Origin: Harriotta raleighana
Lineage: Eukaryota
Length of the DNA: 64,000 nucleotides
Assembly (NCBI GenBank): GCA_050575255.1
Contig: JBNZDD010013681.1
Location: forward strand, 3,629,147-3,693,146
Direction of reading: 5' to 3'
Below the pieces are notes generated by a model. The model was not told the origin of the DNA and made no database searches. It saw only the letters and a list, made by a program, of their open reading frames with translations. The position numbers and the translations under genes were made by a program. Of the stretch, positions 11,103 to 23,024 are shown piece after piece. Position 1 is the first letter of the stretch; every line of letters begins with the position of its first letter.

Positions 11103-12034
11103 AGGAAGTATTGTATGTTTTATGTTAATGTGCATTTCAACAAGTTCCAATCTTACAAAATCTTATGAAACTCAACATGTTTTTTTTACACAATTTGCAT
11201 AACATGACTGTCACCAAAGGCATTTTAACATCAATCTATATCTTGCCATCTTATATAAAATAGATACTTTACTATGTCAGCAATTTAACATGTTGCTGAA
11301 ATTCAAAAGCAAACTTGAATTTCTGCTAATTCCCTGTTTGTGTACAATTTTCAGAGTGAGATTTGGTTCTTTACCTGAGTTTTAGATTAACCAGTTAAGA
11401 TTGAATGTTTCATTCTCTTTAACAGGTTGAACCTATATTAAAATCTCAAATGCTTGGAATAACTGTTTAAATATTGCTATTTTTATTGGTATTTGTTGCT
11501 CAGCTCCCTTGTTCTTTCCCTTTTCCCCTTTACCAAAGTGTCCACTGCATCAATATGTGCCCCTTATCTTGTGTTTGATAATTGTTTCCTAACCAGGTCC
11601 ACTTAGATATTTTGCCATCTAAATCCCGAGGGAAAGGAAGTCTCTTTACATACAAGATGAATGTTGAAAATTCCAGACCATTGTGCACTTTAAATAATGT
11701 GATAGAACATTTTAACGTGTTGCCAAACTGTCAGGGTTGAAGCTTTAATTATTTAGTGTACAAATTGAAGATTTAGATACAATACCAAATTACATTTGTA
11801 TAGTCCCTTTCATGATGAGAGGATGTCCCAAACTGCTATAGTTAGATGGGGTTAACGATACTTCACTGCTTACTAAATAATGGATGTTGTTTCCTAAAAA
11901 TAGGATCACTATAATAGTAATTATCTGTCATATTGGAGTTTTATTGTATTGGTTTGCTGAAGTGTTTCCTGTGTGAATGCATAATAATAGTCAAATACTG
12001 CAAGTCTGAGTATGCCAGAAGTGGAACTACAGTA

Positions 12035-12607
12035 TAGTAAAAGTCTTTTTATCCTTGACTAGATGAACCGGAACATCCGTATAACCGGCATGTCAAAAAA
12101 AAAAGTCCGCATCCGATAAACCGGAAGTTATCCGGCAGAATAGTGGTGGCGCATTTAATGAATCGATTGTCGCACAAGAGTACTGTATGGTATTTTGGCC
12201 TGCAGCTGGTACAGACTTAAAGTCGCGCTGCCGTTTTTTTCGCTCGCGTGGCGGCCACCATTGCAGAAGTTATCATAGACTGTACACCTCTACCCCAGCA
12301 TCATGGCTTCAAACCAGGTTGTTTAAGTATAAATTATAAAGTACCAATACAGTATTCTGTTATTACAGTATTTTATCTGTTATTACTGTATTTAGTCTAT
12401 TATTTATATGGTACAGTGTACAATATTTACAACAAAATACCCATTCAATATTCTGTTATTATTTAGTCTTAATATTATATGTGTTAATTTTTTATTTAAA
12501 AAAATTTGCGTTGGGTTTTTTGGCTTCAGATCTGACTGTTTAACTGGCAAGCCATTTAACCGGGATTGGCCACGTCCCACGGGTGCCGGATAAACAGGCT
12601 TTTACTG
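12035..12607. mobile_element. Tigger-like MITE, family C
   Basis: TA|tagtaaaagtctttttatcc ... ggataaacaggcttttactg|TA; inverted copy at 15533-16103. Confidence 0.85.
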
Positions 12608-13062
12608 TAAATTGAAAGCCAAAATGAGACTTGGATAGTAAGTGAAAGTAATTCTGACCAGCATTTCATCCCAGTTGAGGTTCAAAAAGTGGCATTCTTG
12701 AAAGTTGTAGCATTTCTTACCTTGTGCATCAATATATGTTATGAGACTTCAACTTCAAGGCAATCTCAGTTGAGGTCTTACCAATTAGCAATATTTTGAG
12801 AAGAGCACATTTTCAGTTTTATTGTGTGCTAGCATCTAACCTAAAAGATATCTAACCTGTCTAAGCCTGCTACTGTCACTGGGTGACAAAGGTTGTGTTT
12901 GACTCAATTTGCCAGCTCTGAAATTATGCCATCAGAAGAAATATTCAACTCTCGAAAATAATCCTAATGTAAAGTGAATTTGGAAATGAGCTTTTAATGT
13001 ATCAAATAACCATTTCTGTCAAAGAAATGTTTAAGATATTCATTGTGGTGTTTTGTTTTCAG

Positions 13063-13194
13063 GCAATAATCAACAGCACAATTACTCCGAACATGACATT
13101 CACAAAAACATCACAGAAGTTTGGGCAATGGCCAGACAGCCGTGCAAACACGGTCTATGGCTTGGGGTTTTCTTCTGAACATCACCTAACTAAA
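13063..13194 (+). CDS. HOMER1: Homer1 coding exon 3 (EVH1), 132 bp
   Basis: tttcag|GCA ATA...ACT AAA|gtgagt; [44 protein letters not shown]. Confidence 0.98.
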
Positions 13195-13665
13195 GTGAGT
13201 GAGTGCAACCTACTTCGCATTGCAGTATGTGTATTACTTATTGTACTTCGGGAGAAATGCTAAGAATTTTGAAATCAAGTTCTTTCAATACTTGTACAGT
13301 TTGACTCAATGCAATTTTCAATGTAAATGCATCATATACAGGAGGTCTATTATTTGTGTTTATTTCCAGTGTGAATTTCTGATGTCTTCAAACCACATTC
13401 ATGCTTAATATGACCAAATGATATTCAATGAGAGTGCAATCCAAATCCTCCTTTTTTTATCATGGTTTCTATTTTAACATCAGGATGATTTGTGCAGCTT
13501 CACATCTCCACTACCATCTGATAATTAATTGTTTAATCGTGCTGGGGCCAACCCTGGATATCCTTAGGCTGGCTCTGTTGCAGGACCTGAAATCAACACT
13601 TAAGAAGGAAAACTACAGCCACATTACAGTTAAAATTAACTAGTTAATTTTTCTTAACAAATTTA

Positions 13666-13955
13666 ACTCCTGTAGCTCGGTGGTTAGGGCCCTCGCTTTA
13701 CAAGTGTGAGACCTGCGTTCAAATCCAGTCAGGGCGAAACCTTGGGCAAGTTTGGACAAGTTTCCACACCCTAATAATAATCCCTAAAAAAAATAAAAAA
13801 ATTGGTCATTTCAATTCACAACTGTTTGTGGGATACTGTGCACTTTGGCTGCCACGTTTAGCCCACAAATATACAGTCAATTCACTTTACAGTATATTCT
13901 GTGAAGCGCTTTGAGAAGATGTGAAAAGCGCTATATCAAATGCAAAGATTATTAT
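13666..13955 (+). mobile_element. Full-length Deu-SINE
   Basis: tagctcggtggttagggc (A box), gttcaaatcc (B box), core and tail as in 5863-6196. Confidence 0.9.
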
Positions 13956-14179
13956 AACTCTTCAAGGCATAGCATACAGACAATTATTGAGTGATTCCAG
14001 CCACACTGTAACACTTGCTGTGCTTAGATGGGCATTCTGCAACTCATTTCAATGTAATTAACCATATTTCCTGCAAGTCATCTTGACACGGCTAACAAAC
14101 AATGTCAAAATATTCACAATCAAGATTGTACTTCTACAAATCAGTTTGACATAGGCGAATCTATCAAGTAGATTTCTCT

Positions 14180-14560
14180 CCGTTTCCCCCCATACCCTCT
14201 TTCCCCCCTTTCTCCCCCAGTCCCACTGTTTGTGGGACACTGCTGTGCGCAATTTGGCTGCCGCGTCTTGCCCACAAATATACAGTTGGTTTTCCTTGCT
14301 TTCCTTCCCCCTACCCAGACCCCATCCCTTGCCATCTTTTCCCCCTTTCTCGCCTAACACCAATTCCATCACTGTTTGTGGGACACTGCTGTGCACAATT
14401 TGGCTGTCGCGTTTCGCCCACAAATATACAGTCAACTTTTTCCTACTTTCCTTCCCCGACCCCTACACCCCCTCCCCGCTCTGATCCCTATTTGACTGTA
14501 CAGCGCTTTGGGACGTCCTTCCGATGTGAAAGGCGCTATATAAATGTAATTTTGATTGAT
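14180..14560 (+). mobile_element. Chimeric SINE/L2 element with a tandemly duplicated Deu core and (GATT)n tail
   Basis: Two copies of actgtttgtgggacactgctgtgc.caatttggctg...cccacaaatatacagt separated by C/T-rich linkers, then an L2-like tail. Confidence 0.8.
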
Positions 14561-14989
14561 AGTTCACTTCTGATCAAAAGAAATGTACCTAATTTATCAA
14601 ACATAATTATCTTGATTCTATCGAATTAATCCAAAATAATAATTTGATTCTGATCCCTAGTGACTAATCAAGGTAGGTTTAGCAAAAACTAAGGAGTAAA
14701 CTTTCTTTCTCTTATAGATAGTGGAGAGGCAGGGCACTAAACCATTGAGATCTTAACTGTGGTAATGGTTTTGCTTTAGGGATTACTAGATTGTGTTTAT
14801 GACTGATGCTTGCTTTCAAGTCTTTGTATATACATAATCAGTTTGAATACTGGTTTGGAGCATTTTCAAAGCACCAATTTTGGAGTGAGGAATGCGTCTT
14901 CAGTAGTTTAAGGTGGGAGTTGTATGTTTTCTTCTTTAAACTACAATTATTTGAAATGTAAATATTGACTGTAATGTGTTTCCCAATAG

Positions 14990-15082
14990 TTTGCTGAAAA
15001 GTTCCAAGAATTTAAAGATGCTGCAAGGATAGCAAAAGAAAAAATGCAGGAAAAAATGGAATTAACCAGTACACCTTCACAG
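14990..15082 (+). CDS. HOMER1: Homer1 coding exon 4, 93 bp
   Basis: aatag|TTT GCT...TCA CAG|gtaaat; FAEKFQEFKDAARIAKEKMQEKMELTSTPSQ. Confidence 0.97.
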
Positions 15083-15275
15083 GTAAATATCAGCAAAAGG
15101 CTATAATAGCAGAAACAAGGGATTATTGCATGATATAGATTTAATTTCTGGAGTTAGTGCATTTCATGTTCTAGATTAACTCTCGTTATAGAGTAGGAGG
15201 ATTTAATTTAGTCAATTTCCTTTTAAAAAAAGTCTTCATCTGAGGCATGCTGTTGAGAGGGTTATTGTCAAGCTC

Positions 15276-15536
15276 TTGAAATCTTTTTGTCAGACTCGTT
15301 AGGTCAAAAAACTTGGGCCTTAACGAGCCTCATCTGCAGTTTGCGTCCATGTGATAGAAAGAAAAGCATGTTTCATTCTGTATACAGTAAAACCCCATTT
15401 ATCTTGAAATCTTTTTGGCAGACTTGTTAGGTCAAAAAGCTTGAGCCTTAATGAGCCTCATCTGCAGTTTGCGTCCATGTGCCTCTGACCAACTATGTGT
15501 GATGTAAAGAAAAGCATGTTTCATTCTGTATACAGT
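15276..15536 (+). repeat. Local tandem duplication (~130-150 bp unit) at a MITE end
   Basis: ttgaaatcttttt..cagact.gttaggtcaaaa...catctgcagtttgcgtccatgtg and gaaaagcatgtttcattctgtatacagt each occur twice. Confidence 0.9.
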
Positions 15537-16103
15537 TAGACCTTGTTTATCTGGTTTTCTGGTTGAACTTTAAAAAAAAATTTTTTGTAATTAAAAATTA
15601 TTTTAACACATTCCATATTAATAACAGACCAGATAATATCAATATTGTATGGGTATTTATTGTAGATGTTGTACCTTGTACCATAGAAATAATAGAGTAA
15701 ATACAGTAATGACAGATATTGTAATAACACAGTATTGTATGGCTATTTTATTGTAAATGTTAACTAAATAATAGACTAATAATAGATACTATAATAACAA
15801 AATATTGTATTAGTACTTTATTATTTATACTTAACTTTGCAGCATTGAGGAGAAATCAAAACAGGAAATGGTGACTTTAAAAAAAAGGCAGACATTTCAA
15901 AGGAGCAGGAGCGAGTTTAGACGCAACTAGTGGCCAGCCGATATACTTTCACCAGTACTCGTGTGCCACAATCGATTCATTAATTGCGTCACCACTATTT
16001 TGCCAGATAACTTCTGGTTTATCGAATGTGGACTTTTTTTTTCGAGGTGCCGGTTCAACGGGTGTTCCGGTTCATCAAGGCACAGATAAATGAGGTTTTA
16101 CTG
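15533..16103. mobile_element. Tigger-like MITE, family C, inverted relative to 12035-12607
   Basis: TA|cagttagaccttgtttatctgg ... agataaatgaggttttactg|TA; interior ggtgccggttcaacgggtgttccggttcatc is the reverse complement of the 12062-12090 region. Confidence 0.85.
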
Positions 16104-16512
16104 TATAGAGTTTAACAATTGAACAAAATACTATACTTATGTTTTGAATCCTGCCTAGCAACCTGGCAATTAATAACCTGGAAACAATGCTAGAAAACTC
16201 TGACCTTCAGTATACAAATTGAATAACATATTCCCTGGGTATTCTTTATTTGAATTTTTTTTACAACAAACCGCACAATGGCCAAAGTATTCCCAGAAAT
16301 AAAATGCAAATTTATAATATAATCACACATGTCAATTGTGCAGTGTGAATTCTGCTCAATTATTCATAATGCCGGGGCGGCCTGGACTGTGGGATTGATT
16401 CTGGGCAGCCTGACGTCTGCTGTTGCTAAAAGCAAATCTGTTCTTATAAAATCAATTTACTTTAAAGCCACAGTATACCTCAAATATCCATCACATATAC
16501 AATATATTTATC

Positions 16513-16538
<26 letters not shown>
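16513..16538. repeat. (TA)n microsatellite
   Basis: Direct read. Confidence 0.9.
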
Positions 16539-16544
<6 letters not shown>

Positions 16545-17549
16545 GTATATATAAAAAATATATATATACCACTAATTAAATGCTCTCATGCATTCAGTAT
16601 TTTCCCACAAACACAAAAATGCATGCGAGTGGTGAGGAGAAAGGCACAGAGTGAAATTATCACAAATTGATTATCGGGATAAATTGGTAATCCTGTGTTG
16701 AGTATGTTTTCTTTCTTCATGTTCAAACTTGTCTAACATTTACTTTATTCCTGAGGAATTTGGTAGCATTGTGTATTTTGTCACAGTGAGTATAAATAAA
16801 GCACAATTGGCAAACATAACTTCCTATGCATCATTTGCCCTATTCAAATGTTCGAGTTTGAACGTCAGTATTGTAATGTCTTTCTAAGGATATTAACCTA
16901 TAGTTGGATTGCTATCATGTAAGTTTGTGAGACATCATTTTCCTTCTGTCCATTGACCCATTGAAGACCAAGTAGATGATCCTTCTCTCTGTCCTCTGTA
17001 ACCAGCTGGCTGCAGGTATACTAGTGGTCCAAATTGATATCCTTGCTGTGGGGAATTGGCAATTGTCAGCACTGTTATACTGTAATGGCAATAGAAGAGG
17101 TTGGATAATATTTGGTGCAACTACTTCCTTCACAATCTAGACTTGGATTCCAGATACAGTTGAAGTAAAAGATCAATGTTACCACATTATCAATGTCTGC
17201 TCTCAAAGGCCATCCTTATAGAGTAGGACTCTTGAAAGTATTAAGGTGTCTTGTGTTCATTGCTTGTTGCACTGATCCTGTGGACCTGCACCATCTAAAA
17301 ACATAGTAAAGTATATTCCAGCTTCCTGTGCTGACCAGCAGACTTTCTATGCAATTAAATGGCCAACTTCTGGGTTGCCACTGCTATAGCTCGCTGCTCA
17401 TTGTGCCCACCCAGCTACACACAGGAAGCGTCGGTCATGTCAGCCATGCTGCTTGTACTAACGTACAACACCCAGAACATTGCATCATACTTGTCCCACC
17501 TGTATTTTGAAATGACATTTTGAATTGCCTACCTATTTGTCCATTACAG

Positions 17550-17692
17550 GAGTCTGGAGGAGGTGATCTGCAATCACCTCTGACACCTGAGAGCATTAAT
17601 GGCACAGATGATGAAAGATCTCTTCAAGATGTGGCTCAGGATTCTGATGCACGAGCCGAAACTAACCAGAGTTCACTCCCATTTACTCATAG
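17550..17692 (+). CDS. HOMER1: Homer1 coding exon 5 (P-motif SPLTP), 143 bp
   Basis: ttacag|GAG TCT...CAT AG|gtaagc; ESGGGDLQSPLTPESINGTDDERSLQDVAQDSDARAETNQSSLPFTH. The SPLTP motif is Homer1-specific. Confidence 0.97.
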
Positions 17693-18981
17693 GTAAGCAC
17701 GTGCATTTGAAGTTCTTTTGAATTCTGGGTGTTTTGTTCATAGCCATCAAATCATATTCCTTAGGTTGACTGTGGTAAACCTAAATCACTATGGATCCTT
17801 GATACTTGCTGTTAATCATGTTTGCTATTTATTGTGGAATTCGTGCTGCAGTTTGTTTCTGTTCTGTGTTTTTTATCGTTTATGTATTTGAGCGTACAGA
17901 TCATTTGTTATTTCTGTCATCATGTGGTAGATGAAGAATTTAGTCTTGTGGTTAAATACTGAATAACCTGGATACAATCCTTTGGTTATACTAGTGAGAT
18001 ATGTTGCAAAATAATGGGAAAAGGACACAATTAGCTGATTAAGAAAGCTGGTTCTACTTTATGGAATCTGCAGAACTGTGACATCTTGTTCAACCTCTTT
18101 GTTCTTATACCCACTTTGCCTGACTGGATATCTTTCTCTCTCTCTCTCTCCTGCATAGTCTGACTATCTGGGATTTTAGTGAATTTCAACCACACTCAGG
18201 GTAACATTTTAAACAGGATTTATTTGGATTGGTAGAACATATTTAACAAGTCTAAATGTGAGATTAATCGCAAAGCATACACACATTACATCTATACCAT
18301 CCACATCACTTTCCAGAAGGAACTAATAAACAAGGTTTTTTTTTACAACACACACCAATTTTCACAAACCAACAGTATTGCATGTATTTTGTCTCCAAAG
18401 GATGGATTCCCTGCGAGTTAAAACTTCCCCTTGGTAAAATTTAAAAAATTCGATGGCAACCTTTTTTAATAGTCACTTCATTACACTCCATTACAACGGG
18501 ATAATGATTGGAACACTGGAATAATAATGTCAATTCAGAAAGAAGGGGAAAAGAATACGTGCTTCAAGATGTCTGTTGTACAATGTCTGACCCGCTGCAT
18601 TTCAAATCATTTTATGATTCTGTCAGTATTAGACACTAGTTAACCTATAGATTCCCTTCCCTAGAGCGCACATATAATCTGCACCGATGCTAAATACAGA
18701 GATGGCTCCATTCCAGGTAATTAAGAAATAGCAAATTTGATCATGTTTGGGGATGGCCACCTATAGCATCAAGTTAATTTGGGAAATTAAAGATCAATCT
18801 GCATTTAGGAGCCCTCAAATAGAGTTAAGGCATACTGCTCAGATCACAAGATTAAGGCTCTTAAGATTCCAAGGAAAAATAGTGACGTGATTCAAGAAGC
18901 TTATGGTACCAATATGGCATAATGCACATAGAATTAAAGTTTTTTTTAATTTGGAGATTTCATAAAGTATAATTTGCTTTC

Positions 18982-19148
18982 AATAATAATTTGGTCACTC
19001 AATCCATGACTGTTTGTAGAACATTGCAATTGGCTGCTGCATTTTGCCTGCAAAATATACAGCTCATTCACTTTACAATATATTCTGTGAAGAGCTTTTA
19101 GATGTCTCAAAGACCTGGTAAGGCGCTGTATGAAATCAAGCATTATAA
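18982..19148 (+). mobile_element. SINE 3' two-thirds in intron 5
   Basis: ttggtcactcaatccatgactgtttgtag...tattctgtgaagagcttt...aaggcgctgtatgaaatcaagcattat. Confidence 0.8.
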
Positions 19149-21586
19149 TATATTGCAACATAGAAACCAGCCAATCAAGTCAGGTGATTTTCTCACTCTC
19201 CAGTGTAATCTTCAAACCCCTTCAATATCTGTGTTTTTTAAAACATCTTCCCAATTTCCTCTTAAAATAATCTTGAATTTTAACCAATTTTTTTCGACAA
19301 AAATTCCACATTCCAACCAGTCTCTTATTAGCCCAATAATTTCTCGGTTTCCGCAAATTCCGGGGAGTTTATACAACAGTTTAAATTTATATAGTGCCTT
19401 TGTGTTTTAAAGAGCTTCACACGGCTGTTTTAAGGCAGGTTATGAAGGCATGGACATGAAGCAGCTCAGTGTTAGCTCACCGGAAGGAGCACCCGGGTCA
19501 GAGCAGGTCATAGAGCTACGAATGCATGAAGTCATGAAGGGATTTCTATGAATCTCAAGTTTGATCCGCTGTGAGAAAGAGGTCGAACAAGATATCAAAG
19601 TTCTGCACATGCTCTGTAAAATAGTCAACCTTCTTAGGTTAATCCCCAACATAAGGGACACACCAATGGAAACATGGTTAGAAATGCTTTAAGGTCAATT
19701 ATTGTATAATTACAATATCCTGAAAAAATGTAAAGCTTGGGAAATGCTGAACGTTTTTTTGAAGTAGCTTAGGAAGCATGAATTATTTTTGATTCCATGT
19801 TCATGGCTGCTTTATTCTTGCATTTCTTTAGTAAATTTAGTTGTTTGGGAAAATGTTCAAATCTGACTGTCTACAAATGTTGAAATTATGGAATCCTGGG
19901 AGTACATTTCTCTTTGGGTTTACGTTTATATTTTCTCTGCTAACAAATTGTAGATTTGAGAATGCTGACTTCTCTCAGTGCCCATTTTAACCAAGTCTAT
20001 TCTGTGTCAGTTATCATACAATCAAACATTCTGTAGATGTATAATGTTATTCTTACCCACATGGTTTTGAACATCAGTATGAACTAGTCGGGCCACAGGG
20101 CCTTTTTGCATTCTGCATCACTCTTAAGTAAATACAGTTGTTTAATATTAACTGTGTTGTGAAAGAAATTATTTAGGCTGTTTCAAATCAATGGATTTAT
20201 TGAATTTAGTTTTGCACTTCTAGGCAGATTTAATAAACTTTTTTCCCCAAAAATTTAATGTCCATTTTTGTTCTGCTGTTGACATGCATCATTGCGTCTG
20301 GTATGGCTTTATGCTCTGATGCAGTTCCAAGGGTACTGATTGCTTTCTGGTACCTTGCCCAAGGGGGCATTGTTCATATAAGACTCTCAGGAGACAACTG
20401 AGACTGCATGGCACAATTCTTCCCCTCTCACCCTCTGGTATTTGCCAGCACCACTCTCATTATGCCTTGTATTGAAAACTGGGCAGAGATGTGCTCAAAT
20501 TGCTATTCTTATTCAATGTTGGCATGCCATCCCCATAATTGCCGTTGACCTTCAGGAGGAATGTTGTATTGAAATTGGCTTTACAATAATCTTTACATGT
20601 ATTTGTTAGTGTTCCAGAACAACAGGGCTGGAACTGGCTGAAAGTATTTCTTCAATCACAGTGGTACCATGATGTGGAATAATCCTGGAAGGCCATGGTT
20701 GCAGATTTAAGATGTTTGTCTGTGACAAGCACTTGGGAAATGTTGGAAGAATGAGATTAGAAAGATCAAATTCCAGCTGTTGTATTATTGTAGTAATAAT
20801 AATACAATAGTATATTCTTGTATGCAGTGAATACTCAGTCACTGCACTTAACAGCAGTTACCTGTGTGTTGCAATGTTAACTGCAAGGATTATTATTGTT
20901 GTTCCTTTGCAAAGAAAATGTATTCTAAATTTTATCTAGGAAAATCTGATCTGTTAGACTATAACCAAACCTTGTTCAGGTTTTCCTTAGCAACCACACC
21001 ATCAACTGTTGTATTGACCCACATGCTCATCAGGAATGATTCATTTGATTCTCAATCTGAGTCGTGTGATCTCAGACAAGAAAGCGATCTGCAAATGGGA
21101 TTTGTATCCCGGACTTATGATAGAGAGACAGGGAGGGAAAAGGAATCTGAGAAGGCTATTTATTGTTTATTAACTCAGCTGAATTGCTTGTGGACATTTG
21201 GTGAAAACAGAATTTGCATAAGACTTGATTCTTCCATTGTAAATGGTTACCAGTCTAGATTCATACATGGCTGAGGATCGATCCAGAGGGGTATTCATAT
21301 AACCATAAATTGCCACCTTCACAAGATAGCTTGAGGCAGGTGGGGAGAGACTGGTGTCAACTGTGACTATTCAGTCTAATAAATCTTTACACAGAAACAA
21401 ACAAAGATGAATTCAATTTATTTATTTTTAAAGAATAAATTAAAGCTTTTGTCTCAAACAGTTTGATCTAAGCTCACAAAACTAATTTTGCTAATGTCAA
21501 ATGTGCAGTCATTATAGTAATTTTTAGTCTAACAACAAAAATCCCATAATCCTACTTAATGATAACTATTTGGTTATTTTATATAG

Positions 21587-21743
21587 CACTACAATAGGGA
21601 AACACTGGGAGTCTGAATTGGCAACCTTAAAAAACAACAATGCGAAGCTAACAACGGCACTTCTGGAATCTACTGCCAATGTTAAACAATGGAAACAACA
21701 ACTCTCTGCTTATCAGGAAGAGGCAGAACGGCTCCATAAAAGG
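21587..21743 (+). CDS. HOMER1: Homer1 coding exon 6 (coiled coil start), 157 bp
   Basis: atatag|C ACT ACA...AAA AGG|gtaagc; TTIGKHWESELATLKNNNAKLTTALLESTANVKQWKQQLSAYQEEAERLHKR. Confidence 0.97.
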
Positions 21744-22702
21744 GTAAGCTTGACTTTCTGGAGGATATCTGCCAATGTATGGGTGACTATTCATAGTCTA
21801 ATAAATTCTTACTTACAAACTAAGTGTAACTGGGATGATTTAAAAATTTTTTTTTTTTAAATGGATCTTGAGTACAGATCTCAGTCTAATTATAGGTTTG
21901 CACAATGCTGGTTGTACAGTTTATGTGAAATGGTGTGAGACTCTAACCACTATTATCTATCTATGTCTTAATTAAATAGCCATGTTCTTCCCAAGTTTAA
22001 AGTTTTCTGACGCCTCTGAACCTTGTACAGTATTAGGAAAGTAATCAGCAGCACTTGCTGCCTTCATAATCCAAAACACTGCAGTTCTCTTGGAATCGCC
22101 TGAATGTATTTTTGTTTTGAAAGTGGCTGTCTCCTCCCTGAGGCAAACACTCATTCCACATGCCCATCATGGATTTTTAACTGACCTAGTTGGGAGTTGA
22201 TTTCTACAGTATTATAATTACAGGATTATTTGAATTTATGTGAGAGGGTAGAAGTACAGTGTGATTGTGTAAAATACACCGTCTTCAAAAATCTGTCCAT
22301 ACACAAAGATAAATTGTATTGAAATTGCTGTATTGTAGCATTCAAGTGACCCACACCGGCGCAATATTTAATGTGGAAGATAAATCTCTATCCACATTTT
22401 TTGTTCGGTTAAGGAAATGATCATGTTTCAATTTAAAATATAAGGCAATTTTACACCTCTGGAAAATTAGTCCATGACTAAGCCTGTGATAAATACTTAT
22501 TTAAAACGGTCGTGCGATTCTCTGCATTAGGTGCTATAATCTTAAGCAGCACAAATCGATCAACTAATCACACTTTTTAGGAATGCAGAAAATTGAAAAT
22601 GATCCCTGGCATTCTGCTTTGCACCAATATGTTTTACCCTCAAATGTCCATTCACTTTACAGGATATTCTATGAAGCACTTTGAGATAACATGATACGAT
22701 TT

Positions 22703-22996
22703 GGAGCCCTGTAGCTCAGTGGTTAGAGTACTCATCTTACAAGCGAGAGACCTGAGGTTGATTCCAGGCAGGGCAAAACCTTGGGCAAGTTTCCTTACTC
22801 CACATACCTGATAATACTCCCTCAAAAAAAAAAAAAATTGGTCATTTCAATCCAGGACTGTTTGTGGGACACTGCTGTGTGCAATTGGCTGCCATGTTTT
22901 GCCCACACAAAAGAAACAGTAAATTCACTTTATATATTCTGTGAAGCTCTTTGAGACTCTAGATGATGTGAGAAGCACTATTATTATTATTATTAT
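22703..22996 (+). mobile_element. Full-length Deu-SINE (SINE tail fragment just upstream at ~22640-22690)
   Basis: ggagccctgtagctcagtggttagag head, core, (att)n tail. Confidence 0.9.
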
Positions 22997-23024
22997 AAGG
23001 TGCTATATGTTCAGTTCCAAGTAG

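Noticed and set aside
21270-21303. GCT GAG GAT CGA TCC AGA GGG (AEDRSRG) resembles the rodent Homer1c 12-aa insert (AGDRTQG...)
   Set aside because: No suitable flanking AG/GT and an in-frame TAA follows; the rodent insert looks SINE-derived, so the likeness is probably chance
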